Assembly (NCBI GenBank): GCA_964611025.1
Contig: CAZSWQ010000001.1
Location: 1 to 47,791, forward strand
DNA: 47,791 nt
From: an uncultured Ruminiclostridium sp.
Lineage (GTDB): Bacteria; Bacillota; Clostridia; Oscillospirales; Oscillospiraceae
Direction: 5' to 3'
Shown: one piece after another, positions 10,231 through 21,773 of the stretch
Numbering within the stretch: the stretch's first letter is position 1
Layout: every line of letters starts with the position of its first letter
The notes under the pieces: model-generated
Databases searched by the model: none
What the model was told of the DNA's origin: nothing
Seen by the model: only the letters and a program-made list of their open reading frames with translations
Position numbers and translations under genes: made by a program

Positions 10231-13200
10231 TTAAGCGTCGATGGTGGAAATGCAGAGCGTAGTGGCTTCCAGAATATCTAAAATGACACGGACGGTATCC
10301 AGAGAAGTGAACATGGTCACGCCATTTTCGACGGCACAACGGCGGATTTCATAGCCGTCATTTTCCTGACTCAGGGAGTTGTAGTCACGGGTATTCAGCA
10401 CATAGGCAACGTGACCCTGACGGATGCCGTTCAGGATTTCGTCACTGCCTTCGCTGATTTTACGGCGGACACGGGTACGGATGCCATAGCCCTTTAAGAA
10501 GGTTGCCGTCCCGCTCGTGGCTTCGATGTTGAAGCCCAGATTATAGAAACGGCGAATCAGGGGCAGGGCTTCTTCCTTATCCTTGTCGGCGATGGTCGCC
10601 AAAACCGTCCCGTAGTTCATGACCTTTAAGCCAGAGGCTTGCAATGCCTTATAGAGCGCACGGTTGAGCTGGTTGTCATAACCGATGGCTTCGCCTGTGG
10701 ACTTCATTTCGGGGGAGAGGTAGGTATCCATGCCACGCAACTTCGAGAAGGAGAAGGCGGGTACTTTGACATACCAACGCTTCTTTTCGTCGGGGTACAT
10801 GCTGAAAATGCCCTGTTCTTTCAGGCTCTTGCCCAGCATGACATAGGTCGCAATATCCGCAATGGAGTAGCCCGTTGCTTTGGAGATGAAAGGCACGGTA
10901 CGGCTCGAGCGGGGATTCACTTCGATGACATAGACATTTTCGTCTGCGTCCACGATGAATTGGATATTCAAAAGACCCACAATGCCAATGCCCAAACCGA
11001 GCTTCTTGGTGTATTGCAGAATCGTACCCTTTGCCTTGTCGGAGACACTGAAGGTGGGGTAGACGCTGATGCTGTCGCCCGAATGAATACCCGTGCGTTC
11101 GACGTGTTCCATAATGCCAGGGACGAAGACGTCTGTGCCGTCACAAACCGCATCGACTTCCAATTCCTTGCCAGAGACGTATTTGTCAACCAGAACAGGT
11201 TGGTCTTCATTGACCTTAACCGCACTTTCCATATAGCTACGCAGTGCCAGTTCGTTGTTGACAATCTGCATGGCACGACCGCCCAGAACATAGCTGGGGC
11301 GAATCAAAACGGGGTAGCCGATTTGTTCGGCGATGGCGACACCGTCTTCGATGTTGGTCACGGCTCTGCCGATGGGCTGGGGAATGCCCAATTCCACCAT
11401 GATTTTTTCAAAGCTATCACGGTTTTCGGCGCGTTCGATGGCGGCAACACCCGTACCAATCAGGGTCACACCACGTTCTTCCAAGGCATCTGCCAGATTG
11501 ATGGCGGTCTGTCCACCCAGAGTCGCAATGACACCCATGGGCTTTTCCCGCTCGATGATGTTCATGACGTCTTCCACGGTCAGGGGTTCAAAATAGAGCT
11601 TATCGCCCGTGGTGTGGTCGGTGGAAACCGTTTCAGGGTTGTTGTTGATGATGATGGATTCATAGCCGAACTTCTTGATGGTCTGCACGGCATGGACGGT
11701 GGAATAGTCAAATTCCACGCCCTGCCCGATGCGGATGGGACCAGAACCCAGAACAATGATTTTTTCCTTGTCACCACGGACAGACAGACCCTCACCCTTG
11801 CCGTGATAGGAGGAGTAGAAATAGGGAATGTAGCTGTAAGGCCCAGCGGCACAGGTGTCAATCATCATATATTCGGGGAAAATGTGGGCATCTTTCCGCA
11901 GGGTAAAGACATCTACTTCATTCATGTCCCAGAGCTTGGCGATTTCTGCATCACAGAAGCCAGCTTCCTTGGCGGTGCGGAGGGTATCCACATCACGGGG
12001 CTTTTGGGCAATGACCTTTTCCATGGTGCAGGCATCGGCGACCACCTGCAAGAACACACCCTCAATGCGGGTTGTGGTATAGAGTTCTTCTACGCTTGCA
12101 CCCAGACGGAACAGCTGTGCCAAGGCATAAAGGCGGTCGTCTCTGCCCTCGGCAACATAGGCAAAGAGGTCTTCACGGCTGTAGGAATCGAACTTGGGCA
12201 GGTGCATGGACAGCGTGCCATTTTCCAGACAACGCACTGCCTTCATCATGCTTTCTTTCAAGTTCTTGCCGATGCTCATGATTTCGCCCGTGGCTTTCAT
12301 CTGTGTCCCCAAGGTGTTGGAGGCTGTGGCGAACTTGTCAAAGGGAAAACGGGACATTTTCGTCACAACATAGCCCAGAGAGGGATTGAACAGGGCGGAG
12401 CGGTCGGTAATCATAATTTCATCCAAGGTCATACCCACGGCGATTTTTGCCGTGACACGGGCGATGGGATAGCCACTTGCCTTGGAAGCCAAGGCTGACG
12501 AGCGGGAGACACGGGGGTTGACTTCAATGAGGTAGTATTCGGAGGAGCTGGGCGAGAGGGCATATTGTACGTTACAACCGCCCGCAATTTTCAAGGTGCG
12601 GATGATTTTCAGAGCACTGTCACGGAGCATAGACAGGTCTTCTTGCTTCAGGGTTTGGCAGGGAGCAACGACCATGGAGTCGCCCGTGTGGACACCAACG
12701 GGGTCGATGTTTTCCATATCGCAAATGGCGATTGCGTTGTCATTGCCATCACGCATGACCTCAAATTCAATTTCTTTCCAGCCCTTGACGCTCTTTTCCA
12801 CCATGACCTGTCCCACAGGGGAGAGCACCAGCGCATGCTTCATGATTTCACGCAACTGCTCCTCGGTGTCGGCAAAGCCGCCGCCCGTACCGCCCAGCGT
12901 AAAGGCAGGACGCAAGACAACAGGATAGCCGATTTTCTTGGCGGCTTCTACACCTTCTTCGATGGTGTGGGTGATGACGGAATTGAGGACGGGTTCGCCG
13001 ATGGATTCGCACATTTCCTTGAACAGTTCACGGTCTTCTGCCCGTTCGATGCTTTCGGAAGATGTGCCCAGCAATTCGACTTGACATTCTTCCAAAATGC
13101 CCTTTTTCTCCAACTGCATGGCGAGGTTCAAGCCCGTCTGTCCGCCAATACCTGGTAAAATCCCGTCAGGGCGTTCGTAACGCAGGATTTTTGCCACATA

Positions 13201-13416
13201 TTCCAAGGTCAAAGGTTCCATGTACACCTTGTCCGCCATGCTGACATCTGTCATGATGGTGGCGGGGTTGGAGTTCACCAGAATGACCTGATAGCCCTCC
13301 TCTTTCAAGGCAATACAAGCCTGTGTGCCTGCATAGTCAAATTCTGCTGCCTGCCCAATGACGATAGGACCAGAGCCAATCACCAGAACTTTCTTAATGT
13401 CGCTTCTTTTTGGCAT
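10231..13416 (-). CDS. carB: Carbamoyl-phosphate synthase large subunit
   Basis: GSGPIVIGQAAEFDYAG, duplicated ATP-grasp halves, C-terminal MGS domain. Confidence 0.98.
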   Translation of the reverse strand: MPKRSDIKKVLVIGSGPIVIGQAAEFDYAGTQACIALKEEGYQVILVNSNPATIMTDVSMADKVYMEPLTLEYVAKILRYERPDGILPGIGGQTGLNLAMQLEKKGILEECQVELLGTSSESIERAEDRELFKEMCESIGEPVLNSVITHTIEEGVEAAKKIGYPVVLRPAFTLGGTGGGFADTEEQLREIMKHALVLSPVGQVMVEKSVKGWKEIEFEVMRDGNDNAIAICDMENIDPVGVHTGDSMVVAPCQTLKQEDLSMLRDSALKIIRTLKIAGGCNVQYALSPSSSEYYLIEVNPRVSRSSALASKASGYPIARVTAKIAVGMTLDEIMITDRSALFNPSLGYVVTKMSRFPFDKFATASNTLGTQMKATGEIMSIGKNLKESMMKAVRCLENGTLSMHLPKFDSYSREDLFAYVAEGRDDRLYALAQLFRLGASVEELYTTTRIEGVFLQVVADACTMEKVIAQKPRDVDTLRTAKEAGFCDAEIAKLWDMNEVDVFTLRKDAHIFPEYMMIDTCAAGPYSYIPYFYSSYHGKGEGLSVRGDKEKIIVLGSGPIRIGQGVEFDYSTVHAVQTIKKFGYESIIINNNPETVSTDHTTGDKLYFEPLTVEDVMNIIEREKPMGVIATLGGQTAINLADALEERGVTLIGTGVAAIERAENRDSFEKIMVELGIPQPIGRAVTNIEDGVAIAEQIGYPVLIRPSYVLGGRAMQIVNNELALRSYMESAVKVNEDQPVLVDKYVSGKELEVDAVCDGTDVFVPGIMEHVERTGIHSGDSISVYPTFSVSDKAKGTILQYTKKLGLGIGIVGLLNIQFIVDADENVYVIEVNPRSSRTVPFISKATGYSIADIATYVMLGKSLKEQGIFSMYPDEKKRWYVKVPAFSFSKLRGMDTYLSPEMKSTGEAIGYDNQLNRALYKALQASGLKVMNYGTVLATIADKDKEEALPLIRRFYNLGFNIEATSGTATFLKGYGIRTRVRRKISEGSDEILNGIRQGHVAYVLNTRDYNSLSQENDGYEIRRCAVENGVTMFTSLDTVRVILDILEATTLCISTIDA

Positions 13417-13419
13417 AAT

Positions 13420-14682
13420 TCATTCCTCCCATACAATCGTGCCGTCTACCATGGTCAGCTTACAACGACCAAAGACTCTTGTCCCAGCAAACGGCGTACT
13501 TCTCCCCAACGAAACAAATTCCGCAGGGTCTATCTCATATTCTTTGGACAAATCAAAGACCGTAAAATTGGCTTTTTCGCCCACGGCGAGGGGCGTTCCT
13601 ATCCCGAAACGGGCACGGGGTGCATCGTGCATCCAAGACAGGAGCTGTTCCAAGCTGCAAAAGCCCGTCTTGACCAGATGCGTATAAAGCACAGGAAAGG
13701 CAGTTTCCAGACCCACCACACCCAAATTGCTCTTTTGCAAACCACGGGATTTTTCTTCTGCACTGTGGGGGGCATGGTCGGTGGCAATCATGTCCACCGT
13801 GCCATCGAGCAAACCCGCCCGCAGGGCCTCACGGTCGGCAGGTTCACGCAGGGGGGGATTCATCTTAAAACGGGCATCTTCCTGCAAATCGTCTTCCGTC
13901 AAGAGCAAATAGTGCGGGGCGGTTTCGCAGGTGACGTTGACACCCTCCTGCTTCGCCTGACGGATGAGCGCAACGCTCTCCTTTGTCGAGACATGGCAGA
14001 CGTGATAGGCAACACCCGTCTCCCGCACCAAGTCCAAATCACGCTTGACCTGTCCCCATTCGCTCTCGGAGCAAATGCCCTTGTGCCCGTGTTCCTTGGC
14101 ATACTTGCCGTCATGGATGTAACCCGCATGGAGCAGACGCTCGTCTTCACAGTGGGCGACAATCTTTTTACCCAAAGCACGGGCGGTGTGCATGGCATCG
14201 CGCATCATGTCGTCCTTTTGCACACCACGTCCATCATCTGAAAAGGCAATGACCTTTTCTGCCATGCCATGGAGGTCAGCCAGTTCCCGTCCTTGTTCGG
14301 CAACGGTAATCGTGCCGTAGGGGTAGACATGCACCAGCGCATCTTTTGCAATGAGGTCAAGTTGTTCTTGCAGGTGTTCTACGCTGTCGGGTGTGGGGTT
14401 CAGGTTGGGCATGGTGCAAATGTCGGTAAATCCGCCCCGTGCCGCCGATTTTGTCCCGCTCGCCATGGTTTCTTTGTATGAAAAACCCGGTTCACGCAAA
14501 TGTACATGGACATCCACGAAACCGGGAAACAAATGGCAACCTGCAAGGTCGATGACGGTCATATCAGCAGTGGCAGAAAGATGGGCAGAAATGGAAACAA
14601 TGCACCCGTTGTCGACGATGATGTCAGAAAGGACGCTGCCTTGTTTTGTGGAAATCATAGCAGATTTTAGCAAATACTTCAC
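13420..14682 (-). CDS. pyrC: Dihydroorotase
   Basis: DVHVHLREPG, MPN, KMNPPLR, ATDHAPH; GTG at 14682 lies 6 nt after GAGGTG. Confidence 0.95.
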   Translation of the reverse strand: MKYLLKSAMISTKQGSVLSDIIVDNGCIVSISAHLSATADMTVIDLAGCHLFPGFVDVHVHLREPGFSYKETMASGTKSAARGGFTDICTMPNLNPTPDSVEHLQEQLDLIAKDALVHVYPYGTITVAEQGRELADLHGMAEKVIAFSDDGRGVQKDDMMRDAMHTARALGKKIVAHCEDERLLHAGYIHDGKYAKEHGHKGICSESEWGQVKRDLDLVRETGVAYHVCHVSTKESVALIRQAKQEGVNVTCETAPHYLLLTEDDLQEDARFKMNPPLREPADREALRAGLLDGTVDMIATDHAPHSAEEKSRGLQKSNLGVVGLETAFPVLYTHLVKTGFCSLEQLLSWMHDAPRARFGIGTPLAVGEKANFTVFDLSKEYEIDPAEFVSLGRSTPFAGTRVFGRCKLTMVDGTIVWEE

Positions 14683-14711
14683 AAATTTCACCTCATATTC
14701 CTATGTTTTGT

Positions 14712-14780
14712 GATACCCCACCTGCCTTGAGGCAGGTGGGGTATCGTTCTTGTGTGGGCACTGTCAAAAGGGCACTGCCC
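14712..14780 (-). promoter_or_regulatory. Structured pyr operon leader
   Basis: Perfect 15-bp stem GATACCCCACCTGCC-TCAA-GGCAGGTGGGGTATC, plus upstream GGGCAGTGCCC-TTTTGA-CAGTGCCC. Confidence 0.5.
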
Positions 14781-14796
14781 GTTCATATCGCATGAT

Positions 14797-14825
14797 ATTT
14801 TACAAGAACTGACACGACTTGTCAA
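14797..14825 (-). promoter_or_regulatory. SigA promoter of pyr operon
   Basis: TTGACA-17 nt-TAAAAT, 7 nt downstream of fhs stop. Confidence 0.8.
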
Positions 14826-14832
14826 TCTTTTT

Positions 14833-16500
14833 TTAGAACAAACCCAAAATGACACCCTCAGGGGTCACGTCAATTTTTTCTGCTGCGGGCACTTTGGGCA
14901 GACCAGGCATGGTCAAAATGTCGCCTGTGAGGGCAACGAGGAAGCCCGCACCCGCCGAAACTTTGATGTTGCGCACGGAGACGACGAAGTCCTCGGGCGC
15001 ACCCAAAAGCGTGGCGTCGTCGGAGAAGCTGTACTGGGTCTTTGCCACACAAATGGGCAAATTGCCATAGCCCAAGTCGGTGAGCTGTTGGGCTTGTTTC
15101 TTCGCTTGGCTGGTCAGGCTGATGCCCTTGCCGTGGTAAATCTTCTGCACAATGGCTTCCAATTTTGCCTCGATGCTGTCTTCCACGGCATAGCTCATGC
15201 GGAACTGGCTTGGCTGTTCGCACAAACGCACCACTTCTTTCGCCAAGGCAACACCACCTTCGCCACCCTTTGCCCAAACTTCGGACAGGGCGACATTGAC
15301 ACCCAGAGCACGGCATTTTTCTTCAATCAGTGCCAATTCTGCTTCCGTATCCAAGGGGAAACGGTTGATGGCAACCACGCAGGGCAACTGATAGACGGTG
15401 GTGATGTTCTCCACATGGCGGAGCAGGTTGGGCAGACCCTGAGACAGGGCTTCCAGATTTTCCTTGCCCAAGTCCGCCTTGGGGCAGCCGCCGTGGTGCT
15501 TTAGGGCACGCACAGAGGCGACCAAAACCACGGCATTGGGGGTCAAGCCCGCCATACGGCACTTGATATCCAAGAATTTTTCCGCCCCGAGGTCAGCACC
15601 GAAGCCTGCTTCTGTGACGGCATAGTCGCCCAACTGCATGGCTGCACGGGTTGCCATAATGGAGTTGCAGCCGTGGGCAATGTTTGCAAAAGGCCCACCG
15701 TGGACAAAGGCGGGTGTGCCTTCCAGCGTCTGTACCAAATTGGGCTTGAGGGCATCTTTCAAGAGGGCGGTCATTGCCCCATCTGCCTTCAAGTCCCCTG
15801 CCGTCACGGGCTTCTCGTCGTATGTATAAGCGACGATGATGCGACCCAGACGGGCTTTCAAATCTGCAATGGAGGTTGCCAAGCAGAGAATCGCCATGAT
15901 TTCAGAAGCGACGGTGATATCGAAGCCGTCTTCACGGATGACACCGTTCACACGACCGCCCAGCCCGTCGACAATGTTGCGGAGCTGGCGGTCATTCATA
16001 TCCACACAACGTCTCCAAACAACGCGCTTGGGGTCGATGGAGAGGGCATTGCCCTGATAGATGTGGTTGTCGAGCATGGCGGCAAGCAGGTTGTTCGCTG
16101 CACCGATGGCGTGGAAATCACCCGTGAAGTGCAGATTGATGTCTTCCATGGGCACGACCTGTGCATAGCCACCGCCCGCTGCCCCGCCCTTCAGACCGAA
16201 GACAGGACCCAGAGAGGGCTCACGCATGGCGACAATGGATTTTTTCCCAATCTTACGCAGACCGTCGGCAAGCCCCACGGTGGTGGTGGTTTTCCCCTCC
16301 CCTGCGGGGGTGGGGTTGATGGCTGTGACCAAAATCAATTTCCCATTGGGACGTTCGACTTGGTCGAACATACGGTAGTCCACTTTTGCCTTGTTGTTGC
16401 CGTACTGTTCCAAGTACGCTTCGGGCACACCTGCGGTTTGCGCAATCTCACGGATATGCTGGGGGGTACAGCTCTGTGCAATTTCAATGTCTGTCAGCAT
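14833..16500 (-). CDS. fhs: Formate--tetrahydrofolate ligase
   Basis: [40 protein letters not shown]. Confidence 0.98.
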   Translation of the reverse strand: MLTDIEIAQSCTPQHIREIAQTAGVPEAYLEQYGNNKAKVDYRMFDQVERPNGKLILVTAINPTPAGEGKTTTTVGLADGLRKIGKKSIVAMREPSLGPVFGLKGGAAGGGYAQVVPMEDINLHFTGDFHAIGAANNLLAAMLDNHIYQGNALSIDPKRVVWRRCVDMNDRQLRNIVDGLGGRVNGVIREDGFDITVASEIMAILCLATSIADLKARLGRIIVAYTYDEKPVTAGDLKADGAMTALLKDALKPNLVQTLEGTPAFVHGGPFANIAHGCNSIMATRAAMQLGDYAVTEAGFGADLGAEKFLDIKCRMAGLTPNAVVLVASVRALKHHGGCPKADLGKENLEALSQGLPNLLRHVENITTVYQLPCVVAINRFPLDTEAELALIEEKCRALGVNVALSEVWAKGGEGGVALAKEVVRLCEQPSQFRMSYAVEDSIEAKLEAIVQKIYHGKGISLTSQAKKQAQQLTDLGYGNLPICVAKTQYSFSDDATLLGAPEDFVVSVRNIKVSAGAGFLVALTGDILTMPGLPKVPAAEKIDVTPEGVILGLF

Positions 16501-16543
16501 TTCAGTTCTCCCTTTTTGTCGTCAGTCAAATTCTGTCTGTCAA

Positions 16544-18046
16544 TCAGACGTTGGTGTTGGTGGCACGCAGGGTGACATCGTGATAGCCACCTTCTACGAT
16601 ACTGGTCGAGGAGACCAGATTGATTTTTGCCTTCTTCTGCAATTCTGGAATGGAAATGACCCCACAGTTGCACATGGTGGACTTGACTTTGTAGAGGCTC
16701 TTTGCCACGTTGTCCTGCAAGCTACCTGCATAGACGACATAGGAATCGACGCCTTCTTCAAAGGAGAGGTCGCTCTTGCCACCGAGGTCATAGCGTTGCC
16801 AGTTGCGGGCACGGTTCGAGCCTTCGCCCCAGTATTCCTTGACGTAAGTGCCGTTGATTTGGATTTTATTGGTGGGGCTTTCGTCAAAGCGGGCGAAGTA
16901 ACGACCCAGCATCATGAAGTCCGCACCCATGGCCAGTGCCAGTGTCATGTGGTAGTCATGCACGATGCCACCGTCGGAGCAGATGGGAATATAGACACCA
17001 GTTTCTGCAAAGTATTCGTCACGTGCTGCAGCCACTTCCATGATGGCGGTTGCCTGCCCACGACCAATGCCCTTTTGTTCACGGGTGATGCAGATAGAGC
17101 CACCGCCGATGCCCACCTTGATGAAGTCCGCGCCAGCTTCTGCCAGAAAACGGAAGCCCTCACGGTCAACAATGTTGCCTGCACCGACCTTGACCTTATC
17201 GCCGTAACGGCTGCGGACAAATTCCAGAGTGCGTTTCTGCCAGACGGTGAAGCCTTCGGAGGAGTCGATACAGAGGACGTCTGCGCCAGCTTCCACCAGA
17301 GCGGGAACACGCTGTTCATAGTCCAGAGTATTGATGCCTGCACCGACCATATAACGCTTTTGCTTGTCCAAGAGTTCCTGCGGGTTTTCCTTATGGGCGG
17401 AGTAGTCCTTGCGGAAGACAAAGCTCATGAGCAGGTCGTTTTCGTCCACGATGGGCAGGGCGTTCAGCTTCTTATCCCAGAGCATGTTGTTGGCTTCCTT
17501 CAAGGTGGTGCTCTTGGGGGCAACAATCAGCTTTTCACGGGGGGTCATGAATTCCTTGACCTTGGTGGTGAGTTCCATGCGGCTGACACGGTAATCACGG
17601 CTGGTGACCAGACCCATGAGCTTGCCATTGGGCGTGCCACTGTCGGTGACTGCCATGGTGGAGTGACCGGTTTGCTTGAGCAGGGTCAAAACATCGCTCA
17701 GGGTGGATTCAGGGGTCAGGTTGGAGTCGCTGGGCACAAAACCTGCCTTATAGGACTTGGCACGGGCGACCATAGCGGCTTCGTTTTCGATGGACTGAGA
17801 ACCAAAGATGAAAGCGACACCGCCTTCTTTTGCCAGAGCAACTGCCATTTTGTCATCGGAAACTGCCTGCATGATGGCAGAAACCATGGGGATATTCATG
17901 AACAAATCGGGTTCTTCCCCACGCTTGTACTTGACCAGAGGCACACGCAGAGAGACGTTATCGGGACGGCAGTTTTCATCGGTGTAGCCAGGAACTAAGA
18001 GATACTCGCTGAAAGTGCGAGAGGGTTCGGGATAGTAAAATGCCAT
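16544..18046 (-). CDS. guaB: IMP dehydrogenase
   Basis: [13 protein letters not shown] catalytic Cys loop, SDGGI, CBS pair. Confidence 0.95.
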   Translation of the reverse strand: MAFYYPEPSRTFSEYLLVPGYTDENCRPDNVSLRVPLVKYKRGEEPDLFMNIPMVSAIMQAVSDDKMAVALAKEGGVAFIFGSQSIENEAAMVARAKSYKAGFVPSDSNLTPESTLSDVLTLLKQTGHSTMAVTDSGTPNGKLMGLVTSRDYRVSRMELTTKVKEFMTPREKLIVAPKSTTLKEANNMLWDKKLNALPIVDENDLLMSFVFRKDYSAHKENPQELLDKQKRYMVGAGINTLDYEQRVPALVEAGADVLCIDSSEGFTVWQKRTLEFVRSRYGDKVKVGAGNIVDREGFRFLAEAGADFIKVGIGGGSICITREQKGIGRGQATAIMEVAAARDEYFAETGVYIPICSDGGIVHDYHMTLALAMGADFMMLGRYFARFDESPTNKIQINGTYVKEYWGEGSNRARNWQRYDLGGKSDLSFEEGVDSYVVYAGSLQDNVAKSLYKVKSTMCNCGVISIPELQKKAKINLVSSTSIVEGGYHDVTLRATNTNV

Positions 18047-18072
18047 GGAACAGTTTCCTCCTTAAATCGTGG

Positions 18073-21000
18073 TTATTTGAAGTAACGGACAGCGGAACGG
18101 AACAGACCCATATCATATTGACCTGGGACGTTTTGATACAAACCTGCGCCAGCACGTTCGGTGTGACCCATCTTGCCGAAAACTCGACCGTCGGGCGAGG
18201 TAATGCCCTCGATGGCGTAGGCGGAATTGTTGGGATTGAAGCGGATGTCGCTGGTGGGCTTACCGTCCAAATCGACATACTGGGTGGCAATTTGACCCTT
18301 GGCCGCCAAATCCAAAATCAGTGCTTCGGGGGCAAGGAAGCGACCTTCACCGTGCGAGATGGGCACAGTGTGGATATCGCCCACCTGAGTTTCCATCAGC
18401 CAAGGGGACAAATTGGAGGCAACACGGGTGCGTACCATACGGGACTGGTGGCGACCGATGGTGTTATAGGTCAGGGTGGGGCAATTTTCGTCGGTATCCA
18501 TGATTTCGCCATAGGGCACAAGACCCAGCTTAATCAGTGCTTGGAAGCCGTTGCAGATGCCACACATGAGACCATCACGGTTCTTGAGCAGTGCGTTGAC
18601 CTGTTCGGCAACCTTGGCATTGCGGAAGAACGAGGTGATGAACTTGCCAGAGCCGTCGGGTTCGTCCCCGCCAGAGAAGCCACCAGGCAGGAAAATCATT
18701 TGGCTCTCGCCAATTTGCTTGGCGACATAGTCGATGGATTCGGCAATGTGGTTGGAGGTCAAATTGCGGATGACCACAATTTCTGCCTCTGCCCCTGCAC
18801 GGTTCATTGCCTTAGCCACGTCATATTCACAGTTCGTGCCGGGGAAAACGGGAATCAGCACACGGGGCTTTGCAATTTTCGCAGAGGTCGTGAAGCTGGG
18901 GGCATGGCTGGACGCAAAGGCAGGGATATCCTTCTTCTCCTGTGCAATGTTGCAGGAATAAATGGGCTCGAGCTTATTTTCATAAGCGTTCAGGAGGGCA
19001 TTCAGGGAGAGCAGTTCGCCCGCACGGGAGATGTTTGTCTCTGCGGTGGTCTGACCCAAAACTTCGCCGACAGCGTCCTCAGCGTCCTTAAATTCCAGAA
19101 CAAATGCACCGTAGGCATAGGCAAAGAGGTCTTCCGTGGAGATGGCATCGCCATAGGCAAAGCCGATGTGATTGCCGAAGCACATTTTCATGACGGCTTC
19201 TGCGATACCGCCATAAGTGGGGGTATAGGCGGCTGCCAATTTGCCTGCACGGTTCAGGCGGGTGACGGTATCAAAAATTTCATGCAGGGAGCTTGCCAAG
19301 GGCAAACCGTCTGTGCCGTACTGGGGACGCAAGCAGGTGACGGTGTGTCCTGCTGCCTTAAATTCAGGGGAGAGGATATGGTCAACCGTATCCGTGGTGA
19401 CTGCAAAGGAGACCAAGGTGGGGGGTACGTCCAAATCTTCAAAGCTCCCGCTCATGGAGTCCTTGCCACCAATGGCAGCCACGGAAAATTCCATCTGGGC
19501 ACGGAATGCACCCAAAATCGCCGCCAGAGGTTTGCCCCAACGGGTGGCTTCTTTGCCCATGCGTTCAAAATATTCTTGGAAGCTCAAGTAGCTGTTTTCC
19601 AAGGAAGCACCCGTAGCGACCAGCTTTGCCAAGGATTCAATGACCGCCAGATAGGCACTGTGGTAGGGACTGCAAGAGGCAATGAAGGGGTTATAGCCCC
19701 AAGACATGAGGGAACAGGTCTTGGTGTCTTTGTTCTCCATGGAGATTTTGTGTACCATGGCTTGGGGTGGGGTCTGCTGGTAGATGCCACCGAAGGGCAT
19801 GAGCACCGTACCTGCCCCGATGGAGGCATCAAAGCGTTCGGACAGACCACGCTTGGAGCAGACATTCAAATCTTCTGCCAGTGCGGTGTAGCCTGCGGTG
19901 AAGTCAGAAACGGCTTCTTTTGCAAAGGGTTTGCTTGCCAAGGCATGGGCGATGATGTGCTTTTCTGCGCCGTTGGTGTCGAGGAAATCACGGGACAAAT
20001 CGACAATGGCTTCATCGTTCCAGCGCATGACCAGACGACGGGCTTCGGTCACAGTGGCAACCAGCGTAGCTTCCAAGTTTTCGCTGTCTGCCAACTGCAA
20101 GAAACGACCTGCATCTTCTTCTGCCACCACAACCGCCATACGTTCCTGAGATTCACTGATGGCAAGTTCTGTGCCGTCCAGACCCTCGTATTTCTTGGGG
20201 ACGGTATTCAGGTTGATGTCCAGACCGTCGGCGAGTTCGCCAATGGCGACGGAAACACCACCTGCGCCGAAGTCGTTGCAACGCTTAATCATCTGAGAAG
20301 CTTCTTTGTTGCGGAACAGACGCTGGATTTTGCGTTCTTCGGGGGCGTTGCCCTTTTGGACTTCTGCCCCGCTCGTCTCGAGGGATTCCAGCGTATGGGA
20401 CTTGGAAGAACCCGTTGCACCGCCACAGCCGTCACGACCCGTTCTCCCGCCCAGCAAGATGATGACATCACCAGAGGCGGGGCGTTCACGGCGGACATTT
20501 TCCGCAGGTGCTGCGCCAATGACGGCACCAATTTCCATACGCTTTGCCTCGTAGCCAGAGTGATACAGTTCGTCAACCTGACCTGTGGTGAGACCGATTT
20601 GGTTGCCGTAGGAGCTGTACCCAGCGGCAGCCTTGGTCACAATGGTACGCTGGGGCAGTTTGCCTGCACGGGTGTCCTGTACGGGCTTCAGAGGGTCAGA
20701 TGCACCCGTGACACGCATGGCGGCATAGACGTAGGAACGACCAGAGAGGGGGTCACGAATCGCCCCACCAACACAGGTCGCCGCCCCGCCAAAGGGTTCG
20801 ATTTCCGTGGGGTGGTTGTGGGTTTCGTTCTTGAACAGCAAGAGCCAATCTTCCATGCCGTCTTCGGTATCGACCTGCATTTTAACGGTGCAAGCGTTGA
20901 TTTCTTCGGATTCGTCCAAATTGTTCAGCTTGCCCGCCTTGCGCAGTGCCTTTGCTGCCAGTGTGCCCATGTCCATCAGGTTGATGGGCTTGGTTCTGCC

Positions 21001-21768
21001 CAAGGCTTCACGGGTGGCGAGGTAGTCCTCATAGGTCTTCTGTACCAGAGCATCGTCAAAGGTGACTTTGTCCAAGGTGGTCAAGAAGGTGGTGTGACGG
21101 CAGTGGTCAGACCAATAGGTATCAATGACACGCAATTCGGTGATGCTGGGGTTTCTATTTTCTTTCTGGAAGTAGTCACGGCAGAAACGCAGGTCTTCCA
21201 AATCCATGGCAAGACCGTAATCCTGCAACATTTCTTTCATGCCGTCTTCGTCCATGCTGATGAAGCCCTCGACCTCTGCGACCCGTTCGGGCAGGGTGTA
21301 GTTGGCTTCCAGCGTCTCAAAGCAAGCGAGGGAGGCTTCTCTGGCTTCCACGGGGTTGATGACGTACTTCTTAATGGCAGTAATGTCCGCTTCGGTCAGC
21401 TTGCCTTCCAGCACATAGACACGAGCGGTACGCACCAGAGGTCTATCCCCCTGTGCCATGAGCTGGATACACTGGGCGGCGGAGTCCGCTCTCTGGTCGA
21501 ACTGACCTGGCAGGTACTCCACGGCGAAGACATATGCACCCTCGACGCTGGGCAGGCTGTCGCTCACATAGTCGAGCTGAGGCTCAGAGAGGATGGTGGA
21601 AACGCTCTGACGAAATACGGTTTCATCCAGCTTTTCCAAATCGTAACGGTTGAACAAACGCAGGTTTTCCAGACGGGGAATTTGCAGAAGGTTGCGGATG
21701 TCGCCTGCCAAAGACGAGGCTTCCGCCGCCAGCCCTTCTCGCTTTTCCACAAAAATACGATAGACCAT
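18073..21768 (-). CDS. purL: Phosphoribosylformylglycinamidine synthase (large fused form)
   Basis: WSDHCRH, KNETHNHPT, DFGAGG; C-terminal glutaminase GICNGFQ and HTE. Confidence 0.97.
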   Translation of the reverse strand: MVYRIFVEKREGLAAEASSLAGDIRNLLQIPRLENLRLFNRYDLEKLDETVFRQSVSTILSEPQLDYVSDSLPSVEGAYVFAVEYLPGQFDQRADSAAQCIQLMAQGDRPLVRTARVYVLEGKLTEADITAIKKYVINPVEAREASLACFETLEANYTLPERVAEVEGFISMDEDGMKEMLQDYGLAMDLEDLRFCRDYFQKENRNPSITELRVIDTYWSDHCRHTTFLTTLDKVTFDDALVQKTYEDYLATREALGRTKPINLMDMGTLAAKALRKAGKLNNLDESEEINACTVKMQVDTEDGMEDWLLLFKNETHNHPTEIEPFGGAATCVGGAIRDPLSGRSYVYAAMRVTGASDPLKPVQDTRAGKLPQRTIVTKAAAGYSSYGNQIGLTTGQVDELYHSGYEAKRMEIGAVIGAAPAENVRRERPASGDVIILLGGRTGRDGCGGATGSSKSHTLESLETSGAEVQKGNAPEERKIQRLFRNKEASQMIKRCNDFGAGGVSVAIGELADGLDINLNTVPKKYEGLDGTELAISESQERMAVVVAEEDAGRFLQLADSENLEATLVATVTEARRLVMRWNDEAIVDLSRDFLDTNGAEKHIIAHALASKPFAKEAVSDFTAGYTALAEDLNVCSKRGLSERFDASIGAGTVLMPFGGIYQQTPPQAMVHKISMENKDTKTCSLMSWGYNPFIASCSPYHSAYLAVIESLAKLVATGASLENSYLSFQEYFERMGKEATRWGKPLAAILGAFRAQMEFSVAAIGGKDSMSGSFEDLDVPPTLVSFAVTTDTVDHILSPEFKAAGHTVTCLRPQYGTDGLPLASSLHEIFDTVTRLNRAGKLAAAYTPTYGGIAEAVMKMCFGNHIGFAYGDAISTEDLFAYAYGAFVLEFKDAEDAVGEVLGQTTAETNISRAGELLSLNALLNAYENKLEPIYSCNIAQEKKDIPAFASSHAPSFTTSAKIAKPRVLIPVFPGTNCEYDVAKAMNRAGAEAEIVVIRNLTSNHIAESIDYVAKQIGESQMIFLPGGFSGGDEPDGSGKFITSFFRNAKVAEQVNALLKNRDGLMCGICNGFQALIKLGLVPYGEIMDTDENCPTLTYNTIGRHQSRMVRTRVASNLSPWLMETQVGDIHTVPISHGEGRFLAPEALILDLAAKGQIATQYVDLDGKPTSDIRFNPNNSAYAIEGITSPDGRVFGKMGHTERAGAGLYQNVPGQYDMGLFRSAVRYFK

Positions 21769-21773
21769 GGGAG

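Noticed and set aside
14712..14780. PyrR-binding attenuator
   Set aside because: No PyrR consensus loop and no U-tract on the coding strand; kept only as an unexplained structure
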